DNA of 64,000 nucleotides. It comes from Thermoleophilia bacterium. GTDB taxonomy: Bacteria; Actinomycetota; Thermoleophilia; BMS3ABIN01. The stretch covers positions 197 to 64,196 of the forward strand of contig JAGVMV010000046.1 in the NCBI GenBank assembly GCA_020053595.1, given 5' to 3'. Shown here piece after piece: positions 1-10,692 of the stretch (the stretch's first letter is position 1; the number at the start of each line of letters is the position of its first letter). The notes beneath the pieces were generated by a model. That model had not been told where the DNA came from, did no database searches, and saw only the letters and a list, made by a program, of their open reading frames with translations. The position numbers were made by a program, and so were the translations under genes.

Positions 1-128
1 CCTTCTGAGGCGAGCTTGCAGGTTTTTATCAGTCATATGATCCAATAATATCTCCGATGTCCGGACTCACCCTGCCTGCCAGCATTCTTCGCTCTAGCCG
101 CAGATGAATACCCAGACCGCCGACAAGC

Positions 129-1139
129 TTAACATATTTGTGTCCTTAAAACATCCGAAACTCCGGCTGCGAGCTGCAGGCAGTGTTCGGCCGTTTCGAC
201 ATCGCGTGAACCCAGCCCACATGACTCGGATATAAAGGAATTTGCGAGGACATCAGCGGTTGAAAGTCCCGCGCTAAAAGAGGCCACCTTCTCGGCTCCC
301 GCCATTACCTGTTCCGCAAGTGTTTTGGCGTCGCTTTCGAATGCCTGACGCCCGGTGGGAACGATGCCCCAGGCGAGCATGCCGCCCCGCTCCATAAAGG
401 CTGCCATCTCCTTTTCGTAGATGAGCAGTTCCTGCAGGTGGCGAAAGGCGTCAAAGTGGAGAATGTCGACTTCAGTTGAAGCGAGCAATGCCCAGTCAGT
501 CCCGCCGCAGACGTGCGTACCGGACAAACCGTCAATGGCGGCATAGCACTCGTTAAGACTGGAGATTACCTGCTCCGGCGGCAGGCTGATCATCGCCGAG
601 CCGACCTGGGTCAGGTAAGGTTCGTCAAAAAAAATGACTGGCAATTGCTTCGGGGCAACCTTGCGGAAGATCTCAGCCTGCCAGCGCCCCTTGAATGCCA
701 GGGCTTTGACAATCGCCTCGAAGAGGTCCGCCTCATAGAGCACTGGTTTCTTCGCTCCAGCGGTTACTGTCAGGCCAAAACTGACCGGGCCGGTCACCTG
801 GCCTTTGGTGAAAAGCGCGCCAGTCACGGGCAAACGCTCGATGAGCAGGTCAAGTCCACGGGCGTAATCAGCCGAGATGGCGCAATATTCGACATCATCG
901 GCCAGGTAGTGTTCGTAAAAATCGGCCATTTCCATGGGCGCCTTTTCCAGGTCGAACCTGATACTGTGGCTTTCTTCATCAACTACCACGGCGGGCATGC
1001 TTTCCGCATACTGGATATACATGCCTTCCCGGAAATCGGCTTTTGGCAGTTGCGGCCATCCGGGGCACAATGGGTTATACCTGATCATCGTGTCGACCGC
1101 CGCCGACGGGTCGGTGTGAGGAAGACTGCCTATGGCCAT
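129..1139 (-). CDS. Cobalamin-independent methionine synthase (MetE C-terminal-domain)-like protein, URO-D/CIMS superfamily
   Basis: 365-aa ORF. The likely start is the internal M (MAIGSLPH) at 1139. It carries H-x-C (THVCGG) and C-terminal CGLG motifs resembling the MetE zinc ligands. Stop at 129. Confidence 0.5.
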   Translation of the reverse strand: MAIGSLPHTDPSAAVDTMIRYNPLCPGWPQLPKADFREGMYIQYAESMPAVVVDEESHSIRFDLEKAPMEMADFYEHYLADDVEYCAISADYARGLDLLIERLPVTGALFTKGQVTGPVSFGLTVTAGAKKPVLYEADLFEAIVKALAFKGRWQAEIFRKVAPKQLPVIFFDEPYLTQVGSAMISLPPEQVISSLNECYAAIDGLSGTHVCGGTDWALLASTEVDILHFDAFRHLQELLIYEKEMAAFMERGGMLAWGIVPTGRQAFESDAKTLAEQVMAGAEKVASFSAGLSTADVLANSFISESCGLGSRDVETAEHCLQLAAGVSDVLRTQIC

Positions 1140-1173
1140 CGTGGCGCATTCGGGAAGTGGCCGGCTCACGCTA

Positions 1174-2319
1174 TCAGGCACCCGCGGCGATCTTCTCGAC
1201 TGCTTCCAGGGCGGCCTCGATATCATTATCAGTATTGAACGGCCCGACGCTCAAACGCACGGCTCCGCGTTTCAATGTTCCCATCGCCCGGTGGGCTCCG
1301 GGAGCGCAGTGTATCCCCGCGCGGGAGGCGATTCCATATTCGCGGTCGAGTTTGCCGGCGACTTCAGAGGATGGCAACTCGCCTACATTAAAAGCGACCA
1401 GTGGCCCTCGAGGCTCTCCTTTGGCGGGCCCATAGACATCTACTGGTCCAATAGCCGTCAGGCCTTCGTAAAGAAGCGTGGTCAGGCCGGCCTTGTGTGC
1501 CCGCAGCTTTTCCACTCCTTCAGCTTCCAGGAAATCAAAACCGGCGCCCAGCCCTGCTATGCCCGGCGTATTCAGCGTGCCTGGCTCATAGCGATCCGGC
1601 CGGGAGAGCGCGTCCTGCTCATCTTCGGAGTTGGTGCCGGTCCCGCCCTGGCGCACCGATCGCAGCTCGATTTCCGGTGAAATATACAGCAGCCCGACGC
1701 CCTGGGGTCCCATCAGGCTCTTGTGTCCGGTGCAGGCCAGCATAGATACCGGCATTTCCTCCATATCGAGGGGGATGGTGCCGGCGCTCTGGGCGGCATC
1801 CACGAGCAGCGGCACGCCGCGCTCTTTCAGCGCGAGGCTTAGTTCCGGTATCGCCTGGATGGCTCCGGTAATGTTGGAGGCGTGAGTCAGAACCACCAGT
1901 TTTGTCGAATGCCTGACCGCCGCCAGGATCTGATCCTTATCGACCAGGCCGGCGGCGTCCGATGGCACCAGCGTCACGTTGACCCCCTCGGCGGTGAAGA
2001 CTTTAAGCGGACGCACCACCGCGTTGTGCTCGACAGTCGTACTGACCACGTGGTCTCCGGGAGTCAGCAGGCCCCGCATCGCGGTGTTGAGCGAGTCGGT
2101 GGCGTTCTGGGTGAAGATGATATTTGAGCTGTCGGCAACGTTCAGGAACCGCGCAGCTTTCTCTCTGGTTTGAAAGATCACCCGCGCCGCGGCTACCGCG
2201 GTTCTGTGCGCGCCGCGGCCGGGATTGGCGCACCATTCGCGCAAGCATTGATCGACGGCGTCGACTACCCCCGATGGTTTGGGACAGGAGCTGGCGGCAT
2301 TGTCGAGATATATTGACAT
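1174..2319 (-). CDS. Cysteine desulfurase / class-V aminotransferase (SufS/CsdA-like)
   Basis: 381 aa. N-terminal IYLDNAASS, a PLP-lysine region (TGHKSL.GP.G.G) and a C-terminal RAG.HCA motif, all typical of NifS/SufS. Confidence 0.8.
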   Translation of the reverse strand: MSIYLDNAASSCPKPSGVVDAVDQCLREWCANPGRGAHRTAVAAARVIFQTREKAARFLNVADSSNIIFTQNATDSLNTAMRGLLTPGDHVVSTTVEHNAVVRPLKVFTAEGVNVTLVPSDAAGLVDKDQILAAVRHSTKLVVLTHASNITGAIQAIPELSLALKERGVPLLVDAAQSAGTIPLDMEEMPVSMLACTGHKSLMGPQGVGLLYISPEIELRSVRQGGTGTNSEDEQDALSRPDRYEPGTLNTPGIAGLGAGFDFLEAEGVEKLRAHKAGLTTLLYEGLTAIGPVDVYGPAKGEPRGPLVAFNVGELPSSEVAGKLDREYGIASRAGIHCAPGAHRAMGTLKRGAVRLSVGPFNTDNDIEAALEAVEKIAAGA

Positions 2320-2325
2320 CGTATC

Positions 2326-2856
2326 CTAAGTTTGAAATTTCTGTTCCACTTTGGCGATCATCGGTGCGAGATCCGTTGTTGGCTGGAAAAGCCTGTTTGA
2401 GAATAGATACTGGTTTCGGGTCCGTGAATATGATAATTCCAGCGTGTCGTTGCTGCCGAAGGAAAAGACCAGCAGGTCGGAAAATGTCGCATCGCTCGCT
2501 CCTTCAACCGGTTGAGAGTTCGTAATAGCGGTGGCGAATTCGGTAAACTCATCGGTGCTGCCACCCACCATGTAAGAGGCCAACCCTCCAGCCGAATCCG
2601 AAGCGAATATGCTGAGAAAGCGTGCCTGTGCCGCTTCCGCCAGCGTACGCTCCCGCACCGTGGCAACGCCAGGTTCCCGCTGTGGCCCGCTGGTGATATC
2701 GCCATCATCGCGCATCATTATCCAGGTCGCCGCGGCAAGAATTACAAGGAGCGCCACCAGCACCGCCAGAAAAACGGTAAGACTGCTTCTTGTTTTCACT
2801 GTAGGCTCCGACCTTCCATCCGCCAATATGATATACCCATGTGGCATCGCTGCCAA
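2326..2856 (-). CDS. Hypothetical membrane-anchored protein
   Basis: 176-aa ORF with one N-terminal TM helix (LTVFLAVLVALLVILAAATWIM) and no recognisable domain. The start is uncertain; a GTG at VKTRSS is plausible. Confidence 0.35.
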   Translation of the reverse strand: MAAMPHGYIILADGRSEPTVKTRSSLTVFLAVLVALLVILAAATWIMMRDDGDITSGPQREPGVATVRERTLAEAAQARFLSIFASDSAGGLASYMVGGSTDEFTEFATAITNSQPVEGASDATFSDLLVFSFGSNDTLELSYSRTRNQYLFSNRLFQPTTDLAPMIAKVEQKFQT

Positions 2857-2944
2857 AGTTGCATTAGTATCGGGACTCTTCGTATATTGTATTGTCTTTT
2901 GCCTAAACAGACGCGGCCTGCGAAGCGGCTCCGCAAATTACCAG

Positions 2945-5900
2945 ATGACTGAAAACGACAACCTGAACAAGAACATCTACCGCAAGGTTTCGCCGCGGGT
3001 GGACCTGCCGGCGCTCGAGGAGGGCATTCTCGATTTCTGGCGTGAGAACCGCATCTTCGAGAAGAGTCTTGAGTCGAGAGCGGACGGCCCCGAGTTCGTC
3101 TTTTACGAAGGGCCGCCGACAGCCAACGGCAAACCAGGCTCGCATCACGTACTTTCCCGCATCTTCAAGGATATCTTCCCCCGTTATCGCACCATGTGCG
3201 GCTATCATGTTCCGCGCAAGGCCGGCTGGGACACCCACGGGCTGCCGGTGGAGCTCGAGGTCGAGAAACAGCTCGGCATCAGCGGCAAAAAAGATATCGA
3301 GAAGATCGGGATCGCCAGGTTCAATGAACTTTGCCGCGAGAGCATCTACAGGTATCTGGAAGACTGGGAGAAGCTCACCGAGCGCATAGGTTTCTGGATC
3401 GATACCGACGACGCCTATTACACACTGACCAACGGCTATATCGAGAGCGTCTGGTGGATCCTCAAGGAGGTCTGGAAGAAGGGCCTGCTTTATCACGACT
3501 ACAAGGTGGTGCCTTATTGTGCCCGCTGTGGTACGGCGCTTTCCAGCCACGAAGTAGACCAGGGATACAAGACCGTGGAGGATCCCTCCATATTCGTCAA
3601 ATTCCCCCTGGCCGATGAGCCCGAGCTGTCGCTGCTGGTCTGGACGACGACCCCCTGGACGCTGATCAGCAATGTGGCAGTGGCGATAAATTCCCAGATC
3701 GGCTATGTTGAGGTCAAAGCCGCGGGCCAGAGAATGATCATGGCCCGGTCGCTCGTGGAAAAGGTGCTTGGCGAAGACGCCGAGATCGTGCGCGAAATCT
3801 CAGCCAGCGAGCTTGCCGGCAAGTGTTATATCCCGCCCTATGATTTTATCAAGCCGGATAAAAAAGCCCATTATGTTGTCACGGCCAACTTCGTCTCAGC
3901 CGATGAGGGCAGCGGTATCGTGCACATCGCGCCGGCTTTCGGCGCTGATGATCTCACGGTCGGCCGTGAGCACGATCTGCCGGTGATAAACGCGGTCACC
4001 GAGGAAGGCCTGTTCGAGGAGCGGGTCATACCCTGGGCGGGCAGATTTGTTAAACAGGTGGACATTGAAATAGTCGATGAGTTGAGGGAACGCGGTCTGT
4101 TGTTGGCCCATCTGCCCTACGAGCACTCCTACCCCCATTGCTGGCGCTGTGACACGCCGCTGATCTACTACGCGAAAGCCAGCTGGTATATCCGCACCAC
4201 CGCCATCAAGGATGAACTGCTGGCGGCCAATGAGTCGGTCACCTGGCACCCCGAGCACATCAAACACGGCCGCTTTGGCAACTGGCTGGAGAACAACGTC
4301 GACTGGGCTCTTTCCCGGGAGCGCTACTGGGGCACGCCGTTGCCGGTCTGGCTTTGCGAAAACGGTCACGAGAGCTGTGTTGGCAGTCTCGAGGAACTGC
4401 GCTCTCTGGCTATGACCGATCCCGGCGATGACCTTGATCTGCACCGTCCGTTTATTGACGATATCAAGTTGAAATGCGCCGAATGCGGGCAGGAGATGAC
4501 CCGGGTGACGGAGGTTATTGACGCCTGGTTCGACTCGGGCAGCATGCCGGTAGCCCAGTGGCACTATCCCTTTGAAAACGAGGACCAGTTTCGGAACTGC
4601 TTTCCCGCCGATTTCATCTGTGAGGCAATCGACCAGACCCGTGGCTGGTTCTATAGCCTGATGGCAGTGAGCACGTTGCTGTTTGGCGAATCCAGCTATA
4701 AAAATGTTGTCTGCCTTGGGCACATACTCGACCGGGATGGACAGAAAATGAGCAAATCCAAAGGCAATGTGGTCGAACCCTGGCAGGTACTCAATAAACA
4801 GGGCGCCGACGCCTTCCGCTGGTACCTGTTTACGGTCAGCTCGCCCTGGTACCCGCGGCGATTTTTTCCCGAAGCTATCGACGAGGTTGTGCGCAAGTTC
4901 CTGCTCACACTCTGGAATACCTATTCATTCTTCACGGTCTATGCCAACATCGACGGTTTCAACCCCCTGGAACATCAGGTGCCGGTTAGCGAGCGGCCGC
5001 TGCTCGATCGCTGGATCCTGGCCTCGCTTCATCGTCTGGTCGGCAAGGTGCGGGATGGTCTCGAAGGGTACGAGGTTACCGCCAGCGGCCGCCAGATCCA
5101 GGAATTCGTGGATGATCTCTCCAACTGGTACGTGCGTCGCAGCCGTCGCCGTTTCTGGAAAAGCGAGGAGGATGCTGACAAAGTCAGCGCCTACCTGACC
5201 CTGTACGAGTGTCTGGTTACCGTCAGCAAGCTGCTGGCGCCGTATACGCCTTTTATGGTAGAGGAAATCTATCGCAACCTGGTTTGCTCGATTGACTCAA
5301 GGGCTCCGGAAAGCGTGCACCTCTGCGATTATCCTGAAGCAGACCAAAACATCATTGACGAGGAGCTGCTTTTTGAGATGGATATGGTCCGGCGTGTGAT
5401 CAACCTGGGCCGGGCGGCACGAAACAAGGCCGCCATCAAGACCCGGCAACCGCTGGCGGAAGCGGTGGCGGTCGCATCACCCGAGGAACAGAAAGCCATC
5501 GTGGCGCTGGAGCGTCTGGTGCTCGATGAACTCAATGTGAAGCAGCTGCGCTTCGTCCGTGAAGTGAAGGAGCTCGCCGGGCTACGGCTCAAACCAAATC
5601 TGCAGAAGCTGGGACCCCGTTTCGGGAAGAAGCGGCCGATGGTGGACGCGGCCATTGCCGCCATGGATCCCGGGCATATCATGACGCTGCTCGAGGCCGA
5701 CGGACGGGTAGGCATCTCCATCGATGGACGTGAGGAGATCCTGGAGCGTGACGACATACTTGTGGAGCAAGTTGAAATGGAAGGTTTCTCAGTCGAAGCC
5801 CAGGGAGACCGCGCCGTCGGTATCAGCACTGTGATCAGCGACCAGCTGCGCAGCGAGGGGCTGGCGCGTGAGCTGGTACACAAGGTTCAAAACCTGCGCA

Positions 5901-6124
5901 AGGAAGCGGGTTTCAAGATCGAGGACACAATATCCGTAAATCTCGCCGGAGCCCGCGAACTGGAGGCAGTGGCTCAGGAATTCAGCGGATTCCTGCAGGC
6001 GGAAACGCTTTGCCGGGAACTCACATTCGATGCCGAACCGCCTGCGGAAGGGTTTACCGCGCCAGTCGCTATCGAGGGAGATTCTTTCACAGTAACCATC
6101 AGACGCATTGGATCCATCAAGTAG
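2945..6124 (+). CDS. ileS: Isoleucyl-tRNA synthetase (type 2)
   Basis: Long ORF 2609..6124. The true start is probably the ATG at 2945 (MTENDNLNKNIYRKVSPRVD..). It has a HIGH-like P.ANG.PG.HH motif, a KMSKSKGN motif, and WCxxC / CAECG zinc motifs. Confidence 0.93.
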   Translation: MTENDNLNKNIYRKVSPRVDLPALEEGILDFWRENRIFEKSLESRADGPEFVFYEGPPTANGKPGSHHVLSRIFKDIFPRYRTMCGYHVPRKAGWDTHGLPVELEVEKQLGISGKKDIEKIGIARFNELCRESIYRYLEDWEKLTERIGFWIDTDDAYYTLTNGYIESVWWILKEVWKKGLLYHDYKVVPYCARCGTALSSHEVDQGYKTVEDPSIFVKFPLADEPELSLLVWTTTPWTLISNVAVAINSQIGYVEVKAAGQRMIMARSLVEKVLGEDAEIVREISASELAGKCYIPPYDFIKPDKKAHYVVTANFVSADEGSGIVHIAPAFGADDLTVGREHDLPVINAVTEEGLFEERVIPWAGRFVKQVDIEIVDELRERGLLLAHLPYEHSYPHCWRCDTPLIYYAKASWYIRTTAIKDELLAANESVTWHPEHIKHGRFGNWLENNVDWALSRERYWGTPLPVWLCENGHESCVGSLEELRSLAMTDPGDDLDLHRPFIDDIKLKCAECGQEMTRVTEVIDAWFDSGSMPVAQWHYPFENEDQFRNCFPADFICEAIDQTRGWFYSLMAVSTLLFGESSYKNVVCLGHILDRDGQKMSKSKGNVVEPWQVLNKQGADAFRWYLFTVSSPWYPRRFFPEAIDEVVRKFLLTLWNTYSFFTVYANIDGFNPLEHQVPVSERPLLDRWILASLHRLVGKVRDGLEGYEVTASGRQIQEFVDDLSNWYVRRSRRRFWKSEEDADKVSAYLTLYECLVTVSKLLAPYTPFMVEEIYRNLVCSIDSRAPESVHLCDYPEADQNIIDEELLFEMDMVRRVINLGRAARNKAAIKTRQPLAEAVAVASPEEQKAIVALERLVLDELNVKQLRFVREVKELAGLRLKPNLQKLGPRFGKKRPMVDAAIAAMDPGHIMTLLEADGRVGISIDGREEILERDDILVEQVEMEGFSVEAQGDRAVGISTVISDQLRSEGLARELVHKVQNLRKEAGFKIEDTISVNLAGARELEAVAQEFSGFLQAETLCRELTFDAEPPAEGFTAPVAIEGDSFTVTIRRIGSIK

Positions 6125-6202
6125 ATGCGCCATGTGGCCGAACATCCCAGGGAAGTCAATCTGCCGGTTCAAACCCCGTCACCGGGGGTATAAGGAGGAA
6201 TC

Positions 6203-6628
6203 ATGTACAAGAAGATCCTGATAGCCACAGATGGTTCAAAGACCGCGGACGCGGCGGTGGAGCACGCTGCTTATCTCGCTCGCGCCGCCGGTTCTGACGA
6301 AGTCGTGGTTCTGCATGTCTGCCCGGCATGTACTCCCGAGCTGGACCCGGATTCAAAAAACAGGGAGGCCGCAGCCGAGATAGTCAAGAAAGCCGGTGAG
6401 ACGATTGCCGCCGAAGGGATCGTCGTCCGAACGATGGTTGAGATGGATTATCCTCCGGAGGAAGTCGGTGAGGCGGTTCTTGATATTGCTACCAGTGAAA
6501 ACGTCGACCTTCTGATCCTGGGTAGCCGTGGCCTCAGCGAGTTCAAGGGGATTCTGCTCGGGAGCGTCAGCCACAAGGTTCTGCAAAAATCCTCATGCCC
6601 GGTGCTGGTGATCAAAGCCGGGGAATGA
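6203..6628 (+). CDS. Universal stress protein (UspA family)
   Basis: 141 aa, MYKKILIATDGS...VVVLHV...DLLILGSRG..G..GSVS..V...S.CPVLVI. RBS GGAGG upstream. Confidence 0.8.
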   Translation: MYKKILIATDGSKTADAAVEHAAYLARAAGSDEVVVLHVCPACTPELDPDSKNREAAAEIVKKAGETIAAEGIVVRTMVEMDYPPEEVGEAVLDIATSENVDLLILGSRGLSEFKGILLGSVSHKVLQKSSCPVLVIKAGE

Positions 6629-7026
6629 TTTAACCGCGGTTGTTAGTCCCCAGTAAAAATCCTAGCTGGCGCTGGCGTCAATACCAGGCCGGCCGGATAC
6701 CATCATTTGCGGCCTGAAGGTTGGACAAGCCTCATCCTGAGGCAGGCAGCAAAGCTGGCTCAACCCAAAAAAACAGGTATCACAGGAAACCTCGGCTATA
6801 GCTTTACCCGCTTTTTCTTTTGCCGGATTCTCGACTGGGGCGGTGCCGGTAGCGGGCAAATCAATAACTCCTCGAATAGTCTGTGATGGGAAGTGCATCT
6901 TATCCCCAGGCAATATGCAACGCAATACCTCAACTGACAAGTTATCCGCAAATTGGACGATTTATTTTCCTAGACCAGGGGCAGGCTTTAAACTCTGCAT
7001 CCTCGGGTTTGATATGATAATTTCCG

Positions 7027-7791
7027 GTGCCGTCAAAGACGGACCTACGGTTTGAAAATAGTTTGAAAAATACTGTTAAAAATTATCTCATTCTGCTCGC
7101 TGCATCCGTCATTGTTTCTCTGGCTGTTTCAGGCTGCGGTGGTGACGACAAAACAACGAGCGAGGCAAGCACGTCGACTGCAAGCCGCCAAACAACCACC
7201 TCTGCCACCCAGACGGCAAAAACGACGGAACAGGCAGGCATCAAGCTCGACGCGAACCTGCAAAGCAAGACCGGGATTCCCTCGCCCCCGGAGATGGCCG
7301 TGCTCATCAATCTTCAGCAAAAAATCCCCTATCCGGTCATCGTGCCGACGGATCTTCCTTCCGGGTATAATCTTGAGGCTGACCTGATCGGTTACGGCGG
7401 CAAAACCGCCAAGGATCCGGTGGGATACTACAGCTTCAGGTTTGCGGATCCGTCCAACGCTAACCGGTCGCTTACTTTCAACCAGAGCCTGTCCAACAGC
7501 AAGCCTCTATCGGGTTACTACCTTACAGAGGTTGAGATGAATGGGGTGAACTACCAGGTATACTGGCACAAGACCCTGGAATACCTGCCCCAGGGTGATC
7601 CGGTACGGACAGACTCAGTCGGAGAAGCGGAGACCTTCGTGGTCGTCTGGCAGGGTCAATATACGGATCCGTCAACCGGAAAACCGCAGGAACTCTGGTA
7701 TAACATGCAATCCGGCACCTGGACCACCAGCTGGAATGAAATACAGACAGTGCTGTCGAATCTCAAGCCGCTTTCCACTGTAGCTGAATAA
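7027..7791 (+). CDS. Secreted lipoprotein, Ser/Thr-rich linker, unknown function
   Basis: GTG start at 7027; an alternative TTG at 7063 is possible. Lipobox-like signal (LILLAASVIVSLAVSGCGG) followed by a T/S/A-rich low-complexity linker and a globular domain. Confidence 0.5.
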   Translation: MPSKTDLRFENSLKNTVKNYLILLAASVIVSLAVSGCGGDDKTTSEASTSTASRQTTTSATQTAKTTEQAGIKLDANLQSKTGIPSPPEMAVLINLQQKIPYPVIVPTDLPSGYNLEADLIGYGGKTAKDPVGYYSFRFADPSNANRSLTFNQSLSNSKPLSGYYLTEVEMNGVNYQVYWHKTLEYLPQGDPVRTDSVGEAETFVVVWQGQYTDPSTGKPQELWYNMQSGTWTTSWNEIQTVLSNLKPLSTVAE

Positions 7792-7814
7792 AAAAAAGAC
7801 GGCCCGCCTGGGCC
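7790..7814 (-). terminator. Rho-independent terminator for the minus-strand leuB-like gene
   Basis: GGCCCGCCTGGGCC hairpin at 7801-7814 preceded by an A8 run, which is a U-run on the minus strand. It lies between convergent genes. Confidence 0.5.
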
Positions 7815-7852
7815 GCCTGATGATAGTTCCATTCTTCCGCCTTCAGGACAGG

Positions 7853-8860
7853 CTATTTTCCCTGGATGACCGCGATTATGGCGTCGGCCATCTCAGAGGT
7901 GCCGGCAGTGCCGCCGAGATCGTAGGTGACCTGTACACCAGCCCCGATGACCTGCCGAACCGCCACGGTCACGCGATCCGCTGCGTCATTTTCACCCAAA
8001 TGCCTGAGCATCAGGGCGCCCGAGAGTATCGTCGCGGTCGCATTGGCCTTGTTCTTGCCCGCGTATTTCGGCGCGCTGCCATGTACCGGCTCGAAAACAG
8101 CCATGGTATCGCCGATATTCGCGCCTGGCGCCACTCCCAGCCCTCCGATGAGTCCCGCGCAGAGGTCGGAAAGGATGTCTCCATAGAGGTTTGGCATTAC
8201 CATCACGTCATAGAGTTCCGGCTTCTGGACGAGCTGCATGCACATGTTATCCACCAGCCGGTCCTCGAACTCAATGTCGGAATAGCTCTCGGCCACGTGG
8301 CGTACGGATTCCAGGAACAGGCCGTCGCTGTATTTGAGAATGTTGGCCTTGTGAACCGCGGTAACCTTTCTCCGTCCCTGGGCCCGGGCGTATTCAAAGG
8401 CGAAACGAGCGACACGCTCTGATGCCTTGCGAGTAATGATTTTGATGCTCTCGGCGGCATCCTCGCCGACCATGTGCTCGACTCCAGCATAAAGATCCTC
8501 GGTGTTCTCGCGGACTATCACCAGGTCGATATCCTCGTAACGCGACTTTACGCCCGGGATCGACAAGGCCGGGCGCAGGTTGACATACAGGTCGAGCGCC
8601 TTCCGCAAAGCGACGTTTACGCTACGAAAACCGCTGCCGATCGGAGTGGTGACCGGGCCTTTCAGGGCGATGCCGGTCCGGCGAATTGAATTGAGCACAT
8701 TGTCAGGAAGCGGCGTTCCATACTCGGCCATGATATCCTGGCCGGCTTCGACGACCTGCCAGTCGATTTCCACGCCGGTTGCTTCGATAACCCGGCAAGC
8801 CGCCTTGGTGATCTCGGGCCCGATGCCGTCACCGGGAATAAGCGTTACTTGGTATGCCAT
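7853..8860 (-). CDS. leuB: 3-isopropylmalate / isocitrate dehydrogenase family (archaeal-type LeuB / homoisocitrate-DH-like)
   Basis: 335 aa, [10 protein letters not shown]...NLYGDILSD...GS.G.AP. Adjacent to leuC/leuD. It resembles ICDH/HICDH more than classic LeuB. Confidence 0.75.
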   Translation of the reverse strand: MAYQVTLIPGDGIGPEITKAACRVIEATGVEIDWQVVEAGQDIMAEYGTPLPDNVLNSIRRTGIALKGPVTTPIGSGFRSVNVALRKALDLYVNLRPALSIPGVKSRYEDIDLVIVRENTEDLYAGVEHMVGEDAAESIKIITRKASERVARFAFEYARAQGRRKVTAVHKANILKYSDGLFLESVRHVAESYSDIEFEDRLVDNMCMQLVQKPELYDVMVMPNLYGDILSDLCAGLIGGLGVAPGANIGDTMAVFEPVHGSAPKYAGKNKANATATILSGALMLRHLGENDAADRVTVAVRQVIGAGVQVTYDLGGTAGTSEMADAIIAVIQGK

Positions 8861-8941
8861 GAGATCTCCACTCCTTCCGAGTAGGCGGCCCAGCCGGAAC
8901 AGCCTGCCATCAGTGCAGGCTTTCCGCGAGCCGCCCGATGA

Positions 8942-9439
8942 TTAAAGGTTAAAATCTCCGTATTTTCTGAAGTGCTCTACCAGACCGCCATCGTTCAGGA
9001 TCTTTACCATGACATCAGGCAGGGGCGCAAAGGTCAGCATCTGGTCCCTGGTCACGTTTCTAACGGTACCGGCAGCCAGATCGATCTCCAGCTCATCTCC
9101 CTGTTCGATACCCGAAGTGTCTAACTCCAGCACCGGCAGCCCGACATTGATGGAGTTACGAAAAAATATGCGGGCGAACGACTGGGCCAGCACCGCGTTG
9201 ACTCCCGCCAGCTTGATGATCCGCGGCGCGTGCTCACGGCTGGAACCCAGACCGAAATTCCGGCCTGCCACGACAAAATCGCCGGGACTCATCTCGGAGG
9301 CGAATTCAGTGTTGGCATCCTCGAGTACGTGCCTGGCCAGCTCCGGCAGATTTGTTCTCAGATGGAAATACCTTCCGGGGGCGATATGGTCGGTTGAAAT
9401 GCTGTCCCCGAATTTCCAGGCTTTACCGCGCAATATCAT
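8942..9439 (-). CDS. leuD: 3-isopropylmalate dehydratase small subunit (archaeal-type, ~165 aa)
   Basis: GKAWKFGD.ISTD.I.P and GRNFG.GSSREHAP motifs. 4-nt overlap with leuC. Confidence 0.88.
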   Translation of the reverse strand: MILRGKAWKFGDSISTDHIAPGRYFHLRTNLPELARHVLEDANTEFASEMSPGDFVVAGRNFGLGSSREHAPRIIKLAGVNAVLAQSFARIFFRNSINVGLPVLELDTSGIEQGDELEIDLAAGTVRNVTRDQMLTFAPLPDVMVKILNDGGLVEHFRKYGDFNL

Positions 9440-10692
9440 CGAAGATACTCCCTCGGATCGGCTATCTCCCCGGCGATAGCCGTTGCTGCCGCGGTTGCCG
9501 GAGATCCGAGGTAGATGAACGCCTCGGCATTTCCCATTCTGCCCTGAAAATTTCGGTTCTGGGTGGCAAGACAGACCTCGCCATCACCCAGGATGCCACC
9601 GTGGACTCCCACGCAGGCGCCACAACCAGGACCGGTGACCAAGGCGCCTGCTTCCGCGAAGACCTCCAGCAGGCCCTCGGATGCGGCCTGGATATATACC
9701 GAGCGTGATGCCGGGGTCACAATCAGCCGCGTGTCCGGGTTTCGCTGCCTGCCCCGCAAAATATCCGCTGCGATCCGCAAATCCTCGATGCGCCCGTTTG
9801 TGCAGGTGCCGATAAAAACCTGGTCCACCCTGGTTCCGGCGGCCTCGCCGATAGTCTTCGTATTATCAACAGTATGCGGAGCTGATATGGTCGGCTCCAG
9901 GGTTCCGGCGTCGATTTCCACGGTCCGGGTGTATTCAGCGTCCTCGTCTGCCTTCAGTTCCTGGAAGCATTCTTCACGCCCCTGCTCCAGCAGCCAGCCG
10001 CGGGTCTTCTCATCAGAGGCAAACAGACCCGTCTTGGCGCCGGCTTCGACTGCCATGTTGCAAAGCGTGAACCGTTCAGACATGGTCATGGCTTCAGCGC
10101 CGGGTCCGGCAAACTCCAGAGCCATGTAAGTGGCGCCATCGGCGCCGATATCGCCGATCAAACTCAGGATTAGATCTTTCGCGTAAACGCCTCTGTTGAG
10201 CTTCCCGGTTATCACCACACGCAACGTTTCCGGCACCTTGAGCCAGGTTTTGCCGGTGGCGATACCGATACCCACATCCGTTGAACCCATGCCGGTGGAA
10301 AAAGCCGCCAGGGCGCCGGAGGTGCAGGTATGTGAATCGGCCCCGATAAGGATATCTCCGGGCGAAGCATAGCTTTCCACCAGACGCTGGTGACAGACAC
10401 CTTCATTGATTTCAGAGAGCACCGCACCGGTTTTGGCGGCAAATTCACGCAGCGACATGTGAGCGTTTGAAAGTTCCTTGCGCGGGCTTGGAGCGGCGTG
10501 ATCGATAAAGAGTATCGTCTTCTCAGGGTTGTGTGCCCGGACCAGCCCCAGATCTTCCAGCTGCTGAAGCGCCAGCGGCCCTGTTCCGTCCTGTAGCGCT
10601 GTCACATCGACGCCGGTAACAACTATTTCGCCGGGTTTTACCGAACGGCCCACATGGGCGCCGATGATCTTTTCGGCAAGCGTACTAGTCAC
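9436..10692 (-). CDS. leuC: 3-isopropylmalate dehydratase / homoaconitase large subunit
   Basis: 418 aa aconitase-family protein with Fe-S ligand cysteines (GTCTNGR, GPGCGACVG). Confidence 0.88.
   Translation of the reverse strand: MTSTLAEKIIGAHVGRSVKPGEIVVTGVDVTALQDGTGPLALQQLEDLGLVRAHNPEKTILFIDHAAPSPRKELSNAHMSLREFAAKTGAVLSEINEGVCHQRLVESYASPGDILIGADSHTCTSGALAAFSTGMGSTDVGIGIATGKTWLKVPETLRVVITGKLNRGVYAKDLILSLIGDIGADGATYMALEFAGPGAEAMTMSERFTLCNMAVEAGAKTGLFASDEKTRGWLLEQGREECFQELKADEDAEYTRTVEIDAGTLEPTISAPHTVDNTKTIGEAAGTRVDQVFIGTCTNGRIEDLRIAADILRGRQRNPDTRLIVTPASRSVYIQAASEGLLEVFAEAGALVTGPGCGACVGVHGGILGDGEVCLATQNRNFQGRMGNAEAFIYLGSPATAAATAIAGEIADPREYLR

Noticed and set aside
513-1238. Long antisense or alternative-frame ORFs inside confident genes (e.g. 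513-1238+, 3896-4723-, 5329-5883-, 20119-20721+, 22550-23062+, 34124-34645+)
   Set aside because: Typical high-GC frame artefacts (Arg/Ala/Ser/Pro-rich, no motifs) that fully overlap well-supported CDSs on the other strand or frame.
2609-2944. N-terminal 112-aa extension of the ileS six-frame ORF
   Set aside because: Arg/Ser-rich with no homology to IleS N-termini. The conserved IleS start (MTENDNLNKNIYRKV..) has an ATG at 2945. The extension would overlap the divergent gene at 2326-2856.
2857-2944. Possible T-box or attenuator leader upstream of ileS
   Set aside because: Only ~90 nt of intergenic sequence, far too short for a T-box riboswitch (>200 nt). No specifier/antiterminator features seen.
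6629-7026. 400-bp intergenic region downstream of uspA examined for ncRNA or riboswitch
   Set aside because: Some short stem-loops but no recognisable riboswitch consensus, terminator or conserved small-RNA signature discernible by eye. Left unannotated.
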